A DNA stretch of 59,946 bases from Parabacteroides sp. OttesenSCG-928-G21 (GTDB taxonomy: Bacteria; Bacteroidota; Bacteroidia; Bacteroidales; Tannerellaceae), in assembly GCA_030266465.1 (NCBI GenBank), contig JAJDIA010000001.1:1-59946 (forward strand), written 5' to 3'. The position numbers were made by a program, and so were the translations under genes. Each line of letters starts with the position of its first letter. Positions within the stretch are counted from its first letter, which is position 1. Shown here piece by piece: positions 19,611 to 28,565 of this stretch. The notes under the pieces were generated by a model. That model saw only the letters and a program-made list of their open reading frames with translations, searched no databases and was not told the origin of the DNA.

Positions 19611-20815
19611 TATTTTTCTTCTTTGTTAACGTTATAATATATTTTCATTTGATTACCAAGAATACGTGTAAATCCTTTCACGTCGTCTGCCGTCCACGCT
19701 TTTTGTTCCTCACCATATACACCAAAGTCGCTTTTCATCAAATCGTGTTCACTTTCAACACCCACTAATGTATAGGTATAAGGGCGTAAGGTAATAATGA
19801 CGCGGCCGGTCACATTGTGTTGTGTACTTTGCAGGAATGCTTCCATGTCACGCATTACCGGTTCTAGATATTGGGCTTCGTGTAAAAACATACCATACCA
19901 TGTGCCGATTTGCTCTTTCCAGTATTGTTGCCATTTGGTCAATGTATGTTTCTCCAACAGCTTATGGGCATTAATGATCAACAGCGAACCCGCCGCTTCA
20001 AATCCTACACGTCCCTTAATACCGATAATAGTATCACCTACGTGCATATCACGACCGATTGCCCAGCGACTTCCCAATTCTTCCACTTTGCGGATAGCAT
20101 CCACTTTATTGTCAAAAGTTTCTCCATTTACTCCAGCAATTTCTCCTTCAACGAAATCAATGAAAATATCTTCCTCTATTTCATCTTCTGCCTCCAGTTG
20201 AGAAGGATAAGCGGTATCCGGAAGGGTTTTATTTGAGTGCAACGTCTCTTTTCCACCCACACTTGTACCCCATAACCCTTTATTGATGGAATACTCCATT
20301 TTCACGAAATCAGCCACATAGCCATGTTCTTTCAGGTAATTGATTTCGTATTCACGACTGAGGTTCATATCGCGGGTAGGGGTGATAATCTCCATATTAG
20401 GCGCCAACACTTCGAATGTAAGGTCGAAACGAACCTGATCATTCCCCGCGCCGGTACTTCCGTGTGCTACAGCATCTGCACCGATTTCTTTAGCATAATT
20501 GATCGTAGCCAATGCCTGGAAAATACGTTCCGAACTTACCGAAATAGGATAGGTGCCGTTACGCAGTACATTCCCGAACACCATGTATTTTATACTTTTT
20601 TCGTAGTATTCTTTTTCAATGTTTATAGTGACATGCTTAACGGCTCCCAGCTTGTAAGCTCTTTCTTCGATGGCTTTGCATTCTTCTTCCGTGAATCCGC
20701 CGGTATTAGCAAGAGCGGTATACACATCATATCCTTTATCTTTAGATAAATACATAGCACAGAAAGAGGTGTCCAATCCTCCGCTAAATGCCAATACTAC
20801 TTTTTTCTTTTTCAT
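19610..20815 (-). CDS. argG: argininosuccinate synthase
   Basis: MKKKKVVLAFSGGLDTS (ATP-PPase SGGLDTS motif). The start is set at the ATG at 20815; the track's 58-codon N-terminal extension overlaps the upstream GNAT gene. The stop overlaps the argC start by 1 nt. Confidence 0.9.
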   Translation of the reverse strand: MKKKKVVLAFSGGLDTSFCAMYLSKDKGYDVYTALANTGGFTEEECKAIEERAYKLGAVKHVTINIEKEYYEKSIKYMVFGNVLRNGTYPISVSSERIFQALATINYAKEIGADAVAHGSTGAGNDQVRFDLTFEVLAPNMEIITPTRDMNLSREYEINYLKEHGYVADFVKMEYSINKGLWGTSVGGKETLHSNKTLPDTAYPSQLEAEDEIEEDIFIDFVEGEIAGVNGETFDNKVDAIRKVEELGSRWAIGRDMHVGDTIIGIKGRVGFEAAGSLLIINAHKLLEKHTLTKWQQYWKEQIGTWYGMFLHEAQYLEPVMRDMEAFLQSTQHNVTGRVIITLRPYTYTLVGVESEHDLMKSDFGVYGEEQKAWTADDVKGFTRILGNQMKIYYNVNKEEK

Positions 20816-20816
20816 C

Positions 20817-21422
20817 TTATATTTTTTTATTGTTATTATTTTTCTTCTTTTGGGCGGCCTGTTCCCGTTTTGCCCGGTTCGGATCACTCGGATCGAATAG
20901 CATAGCCGTGCAAATACAGTATTTCCGGTTTGTCCGTACCAGGATGTCATGGTTGATACAGCCTTCGCAACCTCGCCAGAAAGCTTCATCGTCTGTTAGT
21001 TCAGCAAAGGTTACCGGAACATAGCCCAGACTCGTGTTCATCTTCATAACCGCTCCCCCTGACGTCAGACTGAATATTTTAGCTTTCGGCCATCGTAATC
21101 GTGCCAGCGCAAAAGAGGCATCTTTTATACGCTTGGCAATACCCAGATGGCGGAATTTTTCCGGAACAATTAATCCGGAGGTAGCCACATATTGTTTGTT
21201 TCCCCATGATTCGATATAACTGAATCCGGCAAATTCATCTCCGGCTAAAGCAATAATAGCTTTGCCTTCTTTCATCTTTTGTGCCAGATAATCATGCGTA
21301 CGGCTGGCAATACCAGTGCCACGTACTTTTGCTGCTGCTTCTATGGTTTCAAGAACTATGTCTACATATTCTTCGTGCGAAGCGTCGGCAACCATTACAT
21401 CAATTTCGATCTTTTCTTCCAT
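20817..21422 (-). CDS. GNAT-family N-acyltransferase in the arg operon (probable glutamate N-acyltransferase)
   Basis: GNAT core (GLIVPEKFRHLGIAKRI). Its position between argR and argG matches the usual Bacteroidetes arg operon layout. Confidence 0.7.
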   Translation of the reverse strand: MEEKIEIDVMVADASHEEYVDIVLETIEAAAKVRGTGIASRTHDYLAQKMKEGKAIIALAGDEFAGFSYIESWGNKQYVATSGLIVPEKFRHLGIAKRIKDASFALARLRWPKAKIFSLTSGGAVMKMNTSLGYVPVTFAELTDDEAFWRGCEGCINHDILVRTNRKYCICTAMLFDPSDPNRAKREQAAQKKKNNNNKKI

Positions 21423-21469
21423 TTCTAATGTTATACCAGAATAGTTTTCCCTATAAATATCACCTGTTA

Positions 21470-21910
21470 TTATATAAATTGCATTAATGCTGTAATCAGT
21501 TCCTCCCGTGAGATACCTTCCCGCGGTATCACTAATATCGTGTCGTCTCCGGCTATTGTTGCCAGTATTTCCCGGGTTTCCGCATTGTCAATATCCGACG
21601 CGATCCCCATAGCATATCCGGGTTTTGTCCGTACGACAGCCAGATTACCGGAAAATTCCACATTCGAAAGTTTTATCGGATCGGATTTTTGTTGGGCAGC
21701 TATGATATGATCCGGTAATTTATATACATAGTTCCCTTCGGTATCCGGTATTTTTACGATTTTCAACTGTTTGATATCGCGTGACAACGTGGCCTGTGTA
21801 ACTGAAAATCCCCTGTCATTCAGTTGTTTCAGTAATTCCTCCTGATTGCCTACTACCGTTGTTTGTAGTATTTCGCAAATGGTGTCTAATCGTTGTTCTT
21901 TACTTTTCAT
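21470..21910 (-). CDS. argR: arginine repressor
   Basis: 146 aa with a winged-helix N-terminus (QEELLKQLNDRGFSVTQATLSRDIKQLK) and a C-terminal oligomerisation/arginine-binding domain (GTIAGDDTILVI). Confidence 0.9.
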   Translation of the reverse strand: MKSKEQRLDTICEILQTTVVGNQEELLKQLNDRGFSVTQATLSRDIKQLKIVKIPDTEGNYVYKLPDHIIAAQQKSDPIKLSNVEFSGNLAVVRTKPGYAMGIASDIDNAETREILATIAGDDTILVIPREGISREELITALMQFI

Positions 21911-21911
21911 A

Positions 21912-22013
21912 TTGTATTTTTATACAAAAGAAGCGCAAATATAAGGTCTATTTTTGAATATTTATACAAAACGAGTCTCTTTTTACATGGTATTTTTGCA
22001 AATATTTTATAAG
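21912..22013. promoter_or_regulatory. three ARG-box-like palindromes at exact 42-bp phasing in the argR upstream region
   Basis: The boxes are TTGTATTTTTATACAA (from 21912, perfect inverted repeat), TTGAATATTTATACAA (from 21954) and TTGCAAATATTTTATAA (from 21996, weak). They resemble the TGAAT-w4-ATTCA ARG-box architecture. Confidence 0.4.
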
Positions 22014-22120
22014 TTGACTTAATCTGATCTTTACATTATATATATTATCCTTACATTTCATAGCGTTCTTTTCTCTTTTTCATCCTTATCTGTTTGGCTT
22101 TTTACCGGCATGAAATCTGT

Positions 22121-22208
22121 TGCCGACAATTGTCGGCAATTCTGCCGATAGTTATCGACAAGCCTGCCGATAATTATCAACAATTCTGCCGACAATTGTC
22201 GGCAATAA
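22121..22208. repeat. 4 x 22-bp tandem array of 18-bp palindromes (array a)
   Basis: U1 TGCCGACAATTGTCGGCAattc, U2 TGCCGATAGTTATCGACAagcc, U3 TGCCGATAATTATCAACAattc, U4 TGCCGACAATTGTCGGCAataa. The U1 and U4 cores are identical perfect palindromes. Confidence 0.95.
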
Positions 22209-22383
22209 AAATCGACGGCAAGAAACTGAAAAATAATCAAATAGAAATTCGCATTTCATGCAGAAGAAAAAAGACGGTATTGAGATAAAAATACCCTGCC
22301 TATTATTTTACTACCATCAACAACCTATCTATCTTATAAACTGTTATCTTTGTGACGACTATATTTGAAAAAAAGAAAAAGTT

Positions 22384-23172
22384 ATGAAAAAAGGATTTGC
22401 ATTGATTGCTTTATTGCTGCTTATGTCAGCTTGTTCCAGTGTGCCACTAACCGGACGTAGACAGGTTATGCTGGTTTCCGACCAGGAAATATTGACCAGT
22501 AGTTTTTCCCAATACAGTGAATTTATGAAGACGGCTAAGAAGTCGACCAATAAAACACAGACAGATATGGTTGTCCGCGTAGGCAAGAAGATTGCTGCTG
22601 CTACTGAAGAGTATCTGAAACAAAATGGTTTGAGTAGTGAAATTCAGAATTTTGCATGGGAATTTAACCTGGTTGCAGATCCGCAACTGAATGCTTTTTG
22701 TATGCCCGGAGGAAAGATTGTCGTTTATGAAGGATTGATGAATATTGTTTCTTCGGATGATGAACTGGCAGTTGTTGTAGGACATGAGGTGGCCCACGCG
22801 GTAGCGAAACACAGCAATGAACGTATGAGTCAGCAGTTGATGGCACAATATGGCGCTGCTATTTTGGGCGTGGCTGTAAGCAATAAAAGTGATGCGATAC
22901 AAGAAGTAGCCAGTACGGTATATGGGGTAGGCGCGCAATATGGCGTTGTTCTTCCTTTCTCTCGCAAACATGAGTCGGAAGCCGATTATATGGGATTGGT
23001 ATTTATGGCTATGGCCGGATATGATCCTTCTCTCGCGATTACTTTCTGGCAGAAGATGTCGGCAGGAAACGGTGGATCTGTTCCTGAATTTATGAGTACG
23101 CACCCAAGTGATGCCCGCCGTATTTCCGATATACAGAACTATTTGCCGGAAATCCAGAAATACAGGAGGTAA
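22384..23172 (+). CDS. M48-family zinc metallopeptidase lipoprotein
   Basis: Lipobox LLLMSACSS, the HEVAHAV zinc motif and a downstream E (ESEADYMG). Confidence 0.88.
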   Translation: MKKGFALIALLLLMSACSSVPLTGRRQVMLVSDQEILTSSFSQYSEFMKTAKKSTNKTQTDMVVRVGKKIAAATEEYLKQNGLSSEIQNFAWEFNLVADPQLNAFCMPGGKIVVYEGLMNIVSSDDELAVVVGHEVAHAVAKHSNERMSQQLMAQYGAAILGVAVSNKSDAIQEVASTVYGVGAQYGVVLPFSRKHESEADYMGLVFMAMAGYDPSLAITFWQKMSAGNGGSVPEFMSTHPSDARRISDIQNYLPEIQKYRR

Positions 23173-23252
23173 TTAGGAATTAAGAATTATGAGTTATGAA
23201 TTGAAAGGGATTTTATTCATAACTCATAATTTATAATTCATAATTCCTAATT
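23171..23252. terminator. long composite hairpin between convergent genes (bidirectional terminator)
   Basis: The inner 16-bp perfect stem pairs AATTATGAGTTATGAA (23185-23200) with TTCATAACTCATAATT (23216-23231). The outer 12-bp stem pairs AATTAGGAATTA (23171-23182) with TAATTCCTAATT (23241-23252). The structure overlaps both stop codons. Confidence 0.7.
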
Positions 23253-24820
23253 ATTCCCACTTCTTCAATAAAGTACCTGTCGTGAGAGATTAATAGGAGA
23301 GTTCCGCTGTATTCTTTGATGACGGAGGTGATGATTTCGACGCTCTGAATGTCCAGGTTGTTTGTGGGTTCATCTAAAATGAAGATATCCGGAGTTTGAT
23401 TGCCTATCATCAGACAACAGAACAACAGGCGCATTTTTTCTCCTCCGCTTAGTTTGGAACAGGGTTTATCCCAGGTGTCGAAAGAAAACAAATAGCGGTT
23501 CAACATCATCTTTATTTCATGTTCCTGAAATTGTCTGGTATTGAATTGTTGCGCTTGTTCATAGACGGTCAACTCATTTTGAATCAAAGAATACTCCTGA
23601 TCTATATATATGTAGTTAAAATCAGCACGTTCAATCCGGCCTGTTGTGGGAGTCAGTTGGCCTATTAAAATCTTCAATAAGGTAGTCTTTCCTGATCCGT
23701 TGTCGCCCTGAATTAAGATTCTGTCGCCGCTATGTATAATCAAGTCAACTGCATTACGCCATAAAAAGGTGTCTGTATAAGCATAATTAATCTGTTCTGC
23801 TTTTATAAGAATTTTCCCTTGATGCAGACCTGATGAATTGAAGTTGATTTTCATCTTACGGCTGTCCGGTGCAATAGCGCGGATTTTGTCTACACTCTCA
23901 GACAAAGAAGACATCTTGTTTGCATGAATATCTTTTAGTTTGGTGCCGCTTTTCTCCGCTTTATCTTTTAAGGTATTCATACCCATACGGCTGATTCCTT
24001 TTTTCTCGCTGAGTTTTTTCCCGCGGCTTTCATGCTTTTGCTTACGCTCTATACTCTCACGGGCGATTTTTTTAGCTAGTCGCAACTCTTTTTCTTTTTC
24101 TTCCAATGAGGCTTGCAGGGCATTTAACTGAATTTCTTTTTGCTCTTTATAAAAGTCATAATTGCCTCCGTAAACCGTGATTTTGTCTTTTTCCAACTCC
24201 ATTGTTTCAGGTAAAAGACGCAGCAGGGTGATATCGTGACTAACAATCATTAAGGTGGCATTTGTATGTTCAATCCATTGATAGAGTTCTTCCCGGCTAT
24301 GCCAGTCCAGATGGTTTGTCGGCTCATCCATCAAAATAATTTCCGGCGCATGAATTTGTAATCCGCTCAGAAATACTTTTGTTTTCTCTCCGCCGCTTAA
24401 AGAGGCGAAAGGTTGTTCGAGTGCGATATGTTCCAGTTTCCAGGAAGACAAGGCGGCAAGACTGCGTTCTTCAATAGTCCAGTCGTCATTTAGTATAGTG
24501 AAGTTATCTATAGAGGCATCCCCTTCCAATATCGCATGTAAAGCGTATAACTTATCTTTGATATGAAGCGCTTCCGCAACAGTCATCTGATCATACTGCC
24601 CGAAATGCTGCGGTATGTAATAGGGGGAAGAGGCGGTTTGTATACTACCCGACATCGGTGTGATACTGCCTGAAAGCATTTTCAATAGCGTTGATTTTCC
24701 GGAACCGTTTAATCCTACCAAAGCTACTTTTTCACCTTTATTGACGACACAGGAAATATCATTAAACAAAACGACATTATCCGGATGTATATAACTGATT
24801 TTTTGTATGACAATACTCAT
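23231..24820 (-). CDS. ABC-F family ATPase (two ABC domains, no TM domain)
   Basis: Two Walker A motifs (GLNGSGKST, GDNGSGKTT), two LSGGE signatures and a basic interdomain linker. The start is set at the ATG at 24820 (MSIVIQKISY); the track start at 24844 is a GTG. Confidence 0.88.
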   Translation of the reverse strand: MSIVIQKISYIHPDNVVLFNDISCVVNKGEKVALVGLNGSGKSTLLKMLSGSITPMSGSIQTASSPYYIPQHFGQYDQMTVAEALHIKDKLYALHAILEGDASIDNFTILNDDWTIEERSLAALSSWKLEHIALEQPFASLSGGEKTKVFLSGLQIHAPEIILMDEPTNHLDWHSREELYQWIEHTNATLMIVSHDITLLRLLPETMELEKDKITVYGGNYDFYKEQKEIQLNALQASLEEKEKELRLAKKIARESIERKQKHESRGKKLSEKKGISRMGMNTLKDKAEKSGTKLKDIHANKMSSLSESVDKIRAIAPDSRKMKINFNSSGLHQGKILIKAEQINYAYTDTFLWRNAVDLIIHSGDRILIQGDNGSGKTTLLKILIGQLTPTTGRIERADFNYIYIDQEYSLIQNELTVYEQAQQFNTRQFQEHEIKMMLNRYLFSFDTWDKPCSKLSGGEKMRLLFCCLMIGNQTPDIFILDEPTNNLDIQSVEIITSVIKEYSGTLLLISHDRYFIEEVGIIRNYEL

Positions 24821-24984
24821 AATTACGCTTAAAAATAGATGCACATAGCCTAAGATGATATGTACATTTGTTATGAAAATGAATGAATTAAAACCTGTTA
24901 CCCGATAGGATTTCGGGTAGAAATAGAATAGTTGTAAACTGGTTTTTACATTCTCATCGGAGTAATTATGTTATTTTGTTGGTG

Positions 24985-24992
24985 CAAAGATA
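24985..24992 (-). promoter_or_regulatory. Bacteroidetes-type -7 promoter box (TATCTTTG) upstream of the ABC-F gene
   Basis: The plus strand reads caaagata at 24985-24992, which is TAnnTTTG on the minus strand. This implies a leader of roughly 150 nt. Confidence 0.45.
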
Positions 24993-25098
24993 CGACCTTT
25001 TCCAAAAAAAACATAAAAAAAGGGAAATATTTACGTTATTGTTATAAGTTTGCGAAATAATCATAGTAAATTGTTCATCATTTAATTAGTTATATAAT

Positions 25099-25524
25099 AT
25101 GCGGAAATATTTGAATATTGCTTTGTGCGTGTGTGCGATTGTTGTCATGGTTGGCTGTAAAGGAACATCAACGAATCAAAACGTTCGGGAAACCTTATTT
25201 GACAAAACCCTGCCGGAAGTAAAGGCCTTGGTTGATGGGCGATGGGAATTAATAAGCGGAGAAAACGCTACGGAAATGGGTGAGTTTGAAAACACCTTTA
25301 TCACCTTTGACGGAGATCGCTATATCTGGTCGGAAGATGGTGTGGATCAGCCCGATGCTCTTAACTGGCGTTTGGCTCCTACAGGAGCGGGATATGATGC
25401 CTGGCTGATGGATGTTTTTTATGCGGATTCGCCCTCTTACCCCTTAGCTGTTGTTGGCGATACACTGTATATTCAGGATTGTACCGAGACCGCCTATAAA
25501 TATACCTTACTCCGGCGCAAATAA
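25099..25524 (+). CDS. small lipoprotein, lipocalin-like, function unknown
   Basis: Lipobox VVMVGCKG and a GRWELISGEN motif typical of lipocalin-like lipoproteins. Confidence 0.7.
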   Translation: MRKYLNIALCVCAIVVMVGCKGTSTNQNVRETLFDKTLPEVKALVDGRWELISGENATEMGEFENTFITFDGDRYIWSEDGVDQPDALNWRLAPTGAGYDAWLMDVFYADSPSYPLAVVGDTLYIQDCTETAYKYTLLRRK

Positions 25525-25610
25525 CGTTTTATTAGCTATTTAACAATTCTTTCTGAACAAATTCCTTCTTTCTCTGTTATTCATACGTAATTTATTATAA
25601 GGAAAGAAGA

Positions 25611-27830
25611 ATGAAACAGTTTTTTGCAAAAAGAAGTATTGCGTGTTTATTTACACTTATTATTTTAGGAGGAATAACAAGTTGTACAGACTTGCCTGAA
25701 AATGATGTAACGCCTCCAACTCCGGAACCTGGTGAAGAATTTTTTACATGGGAAAGTTCACATGATTTAAAAATAGAGGTAAAGGTTCCTGCAACATCCG
25801 ATGATTTCAATAATTTTTATCGTCGGGTTCAGATATTTACAGACAACTCTTTTGAAGCATCTGCTTTGATCGCTTCAGGAGCTGCACTGCCTACTCAGAC
25901 GTTTAAGACAGCGGTGACAGTTCCGACTTATGTGAATTCATTGTATTTTACAGTGAAAGATGCTGCCGGAAAGATAAAAACATTTAAAGCTGATGTCTCT
26001 TCAACAATGACCAATCTGACTTTAGATGTGGCAACTGCCGAAGAGTATGAAGTTTTAAGTAAAAGTGCTGTTGCGACTCCAACCCCTCCGGATATTACAA
26101 TCCCATCAATGGATGAAATGATTGTCATTACAGAATCATTCCCGGAAACAATAACCAAGGGTGCAAATTATTATATTCCTAAAGGAACAACGATTACGGT
26201 ATCTGATCCGAATGTATTTGGTGGTGTTAGTAAATATAATGATCGTGCTACGGCATCTATCTATGTGGAAGGGACGTTGAATGTGGCTAATGGTGCTACT
26301 AACGGTATTTTCAATAAACATATCATCGTTATGGACGGCGGTAAGTTTGTGACGGAAAAACTTTATTACGTTAAATATCACTATGCGGATGAATATGCTA
26401 TTCCTGCGTTGTATGTCATGGAAAACGGAAAAGTGGAAGCTGCTGATTTTACATTGCAAAATAAAATGATATTGGTCAACAAAGGTGTAATCGAATGTCA
26501 GACATTTACTACAAACGCACATTCTCAAACACATATCTCCGGCAGACTGACGGCCTCTGTAAAAGTAAATCTTTGGTGGCCTACATCTACCAGCTCTGTA
26601 TATCTATACCCGGGATCACTGCTGGAAGGAAGTGCCACATCCTGGTATGGTAACGCGCAGATCACCATGTATAAAGATGCGATCATCTATAATGCAGGAT
26701 CAATCAGCTATGGCGATACCTGTCGCTTTATTACTCCTGAAGGCGAGGCTACTTCATTGATCCGTTTTGATGGTGTTGCCGGAATTCCTTCAGCAAAAGC
26801 TTCATTTATTGGTCCGATAGAAGTCTTTATCCCTGGCATAGGTGGAAAACCAAAGGCAATTGAATTCTTTGAAAATACCATGTCGAATGGCGCAAAACTG
26901 GTAAGCAGCTGGGAAACCCGTGAATATCTGATTAAGAATAATGGTATAAATAAAGGATATGGTGAATTTACTCCGGTGGATTTGGATGGTGATGGTGTTA
27001 TCGGCGGTGATGATATTGATGATACGAATCCCGGTGTAAGTTTTGACAACTATTATCCGTCAGCCGAAGGCTTTGCTACGGTGATGTTTGAAGATGTCTG
27101 GCCCTATATCGGGGATTATGATATGAACGATATCGTGTGTGATATCCGTACCGAAATGAAAACCAATGCGAACAACGAAGTGGTGTCTATGACGTTCAAA
27201 TGGCGTCTGCGTGCCGCCGGTACGAAAAGCCAGATTGGTATGGGTGTGCAACTGGATGATATTTATCCGGCTGATATCAAGTCGGTGCAGTATTCCAGAC
27301 CGGTTAACGGAAACACGCCGTTTAGCCTGACCAATGGATTAGAATCCGGACAGGAAAAAGCTGTTTTTGCCCTCTTTAATACAGTGGAAGATGTATTTGG
27401 GAATATATATGTAAATACAGGTCATTCCGGCTATATCACACCTAAAACAGAGTCTGTTGAAATCGTATTTAACGCACCGGTAAGCCGGGGACGTTTGACT
27501 GAAAAGAAATTAAATATCTTCCTGACTGTAAATTCCCGCGAAAAAGAGATTCATCTGCCAACCTATAAGATGACCAATAAGGGTGTAAAACAGAACAGTG
27601 AATATCTATCTGCGGATAATATCTACCTGTCCAACACAGGCATGATGTGGGGTATTATGGTGCCTCAATCTATCGTTTATCCGAAAGAGGGAATAAATAT
27701 GGAGGCTGTTTATGGAAATTATAAAACCTGGTACGAATCGAACGGCACCACCAATCAGGATTGGTATAAAAGGAATATCAATTCCGGTAATGCCTTCATC
27801 GAACCGGTCGAAGAAGATGTCATTGAGTAA
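25611..27830 (+). CDS. LruC-domain-containing lipoprotein
   Basis: Lipobox LGGITSCTD. A calcium-binding-like DLDGDGVIGGDDIDDTNP is followed by VMFEDVWPYIGDYDMNDIV, the hallmark I associate with the LruC domain. Confidence 0.7.
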   Translation: MKQFFAKRSIACLFTLIILGGITSCTDLPENDVTPPTPEPGEEFFTWESSHDLKIEVKVPATSDDFNNFYRRVQIFTDNSFEASALIASGAALPTQTFKTAVTVPTYVNSLYFTVKDAAGKIKTFKADVSSTMTNLTLDVATAEEYEVLSKSAVATPTPPDITIPSMDEMIVITESFPETITKGANYYIPKGTTITVSDPNVFGGVSKYNDRATASIYVEGTLNVANGATNGIFNKHIIVMDGGKFVTEKLYYVKYHYADEYAIPALYVMENGKVEAADFTLQNKMILVNKGVIECQTFTTNAHSQTHISGRLTASVKVNLWWPTSTSSVYLYPGSLLEGSATSWYGNAQITMYKDAIIYNAGSISYGDTCRFITPEGEATSLIRFDGVAGIPSAKASFIGPIEVFIPGIGGKPKAIEFFENTMSNGAKLVSSWETREYLIKNNGINKGYGEFTPVDLDGDGVIGGDDIDDTNPGVSFDNYYPSAEGFATVMFEDVWPYIGDYDMNDIVCDIRTEMKTNANNEVVSMTFKWRLRAAGTKSQIGMGVQLDDIYPADIKSVQYSRPVNGNTPFSLTNGLESGQEKAVFALFNTVEDVFGNIYVNTGHSGYITPKTESVEIVFNAPVSRGRLTEKKLNIFLTVNSREKEIHLPTYKMTNKGVKQNSEYLSADNIYLSNTGMMWGIMVPQSIVYPKEGINMEAVYGNYKTWYESNGTTNQDWYKRNINSGNAFIEPVEEDVIE

Positions 27831-27865
27831 TAAAGATTAATTGTCGCAGGGTCTAACTTATTATG

Positions 27866-27896
27866 AAGGCTGTCCGTTAGGGCAGCCTTTTTTTTG
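27866..27896 (+). terminator. intrinsic terminator after the LruC gene
   Basis: AAGGCTGTCC-gtta-GGGCAGCCTT followed by a T-run of about 8. Confidence 0.8.
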
Positions 27897-28058
27897 ATTT
27901 TTGCGATTATCTTTTTGTTATCATAAAAGGCTCTTTAGTGACAATATTTTCGAAATAGGCAGTTTCTGCTAACGCGTACTTTTTCGAAAATCGAATCAAA
28001 AAGAGGGGAAATCGACAATTTTGCAATCTCGACATAGCAAAAACGCCTTTTTTGACCG

Positions 28059-28146
28059 AAATCATCACAATGATTTTTTGAAATCATTACAATGAAATTT
28101 CAAAATCATTGTGATGATTTTCGAATTTCATTGTGATGAATTCGGG
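28059..28146. repeat. 4 x 22-bp tandem array of AAATCAT-N4-ATGATTT palindromes (array b)
   Basis: U1 aaatcatcacaatgattttttg, U2 aaatcattacaatgaaatttca, U3 aaatcattgtgatgattttcga, U4 atttcattgtgatgaattcggg, with an exact 22-bp period. A fifth isolated copy, AAAATCATTGCAATGATTTT, lies at 28284-28303. Confidence 0.95.
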
Positions 28147-28565
28147 AAAAACCATCATGAAATGTTAAAAATCCGTCTCAAATCTACGGATTAACCGTAT
28201 TTAACTACTTGTTTGATTAAAATCCCGGGTGAAACAGATTTGACGTTTTGGTGGATTCAGTTCCGTATATTTGACACCTCTTCAAAATCATTGCAATGAT
28301 TTTTATTTGGGCTTTCATTTTGTCAGCGGATCGGTTTTTCGCCTGACATACTGAATTTCCTTGAGCCTCATTTTGGCGATTCTAATCGAATAGGCTCGTA
28401 CATAGACCCGAATAAACGATTCTACGAGGGGGTAAAATGACAGATTGATAGTTGGAGGGAAGGGGTTATTGTTTGAGGGGAGATTTTGACGATTTGATAA
28501 ATTGGATATTCGATTTTTGTAAGAAATGAAGGTTTTAAAGGGAGAAAGGAAGATATAAGTATCTT

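Noticed and set aside
20816-20989. 58-codon N-terminal extension of argG in the track ORF
   Set aside because: The extension overlaps the 3' end of the GNAT gene and has no ArgG-like sequence. The conserved protein starts at MKKKKVVLAFSGGLDTS (ATG at 20815).
22121-22208. Array a as the ArgR operator (ARG boxes), given its 18-bp palindromes near argR
   Set aside because: The GC-rich core TGCCGACAATTGTCGGCA bears no resemblance to the A/T-rich TGAAT-w4-ATTCA ARG-box consensus. Better ARG-like sites exist directly at the argR start (21912-22013).
22058-22288. Track ORFs 22058..22240 (-) and 22094..22288 (+)
   Set aside because: Both are generated by the palindromic repeat (reiterated CRQLSA). 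They mirror each other on both strands and have no coding features.
28430-28560. G-rich tracts (GAGGGGG, GGAGGGAAGGGG, GAGGGGAG) as a G-quadruplex element
   Set aside because: The runs are irregularly spaced, with long loops between them. A G4 cannot be supported from sequence alone, so I note it only as part of the unusual composition of the 1-kb ORF-free region.
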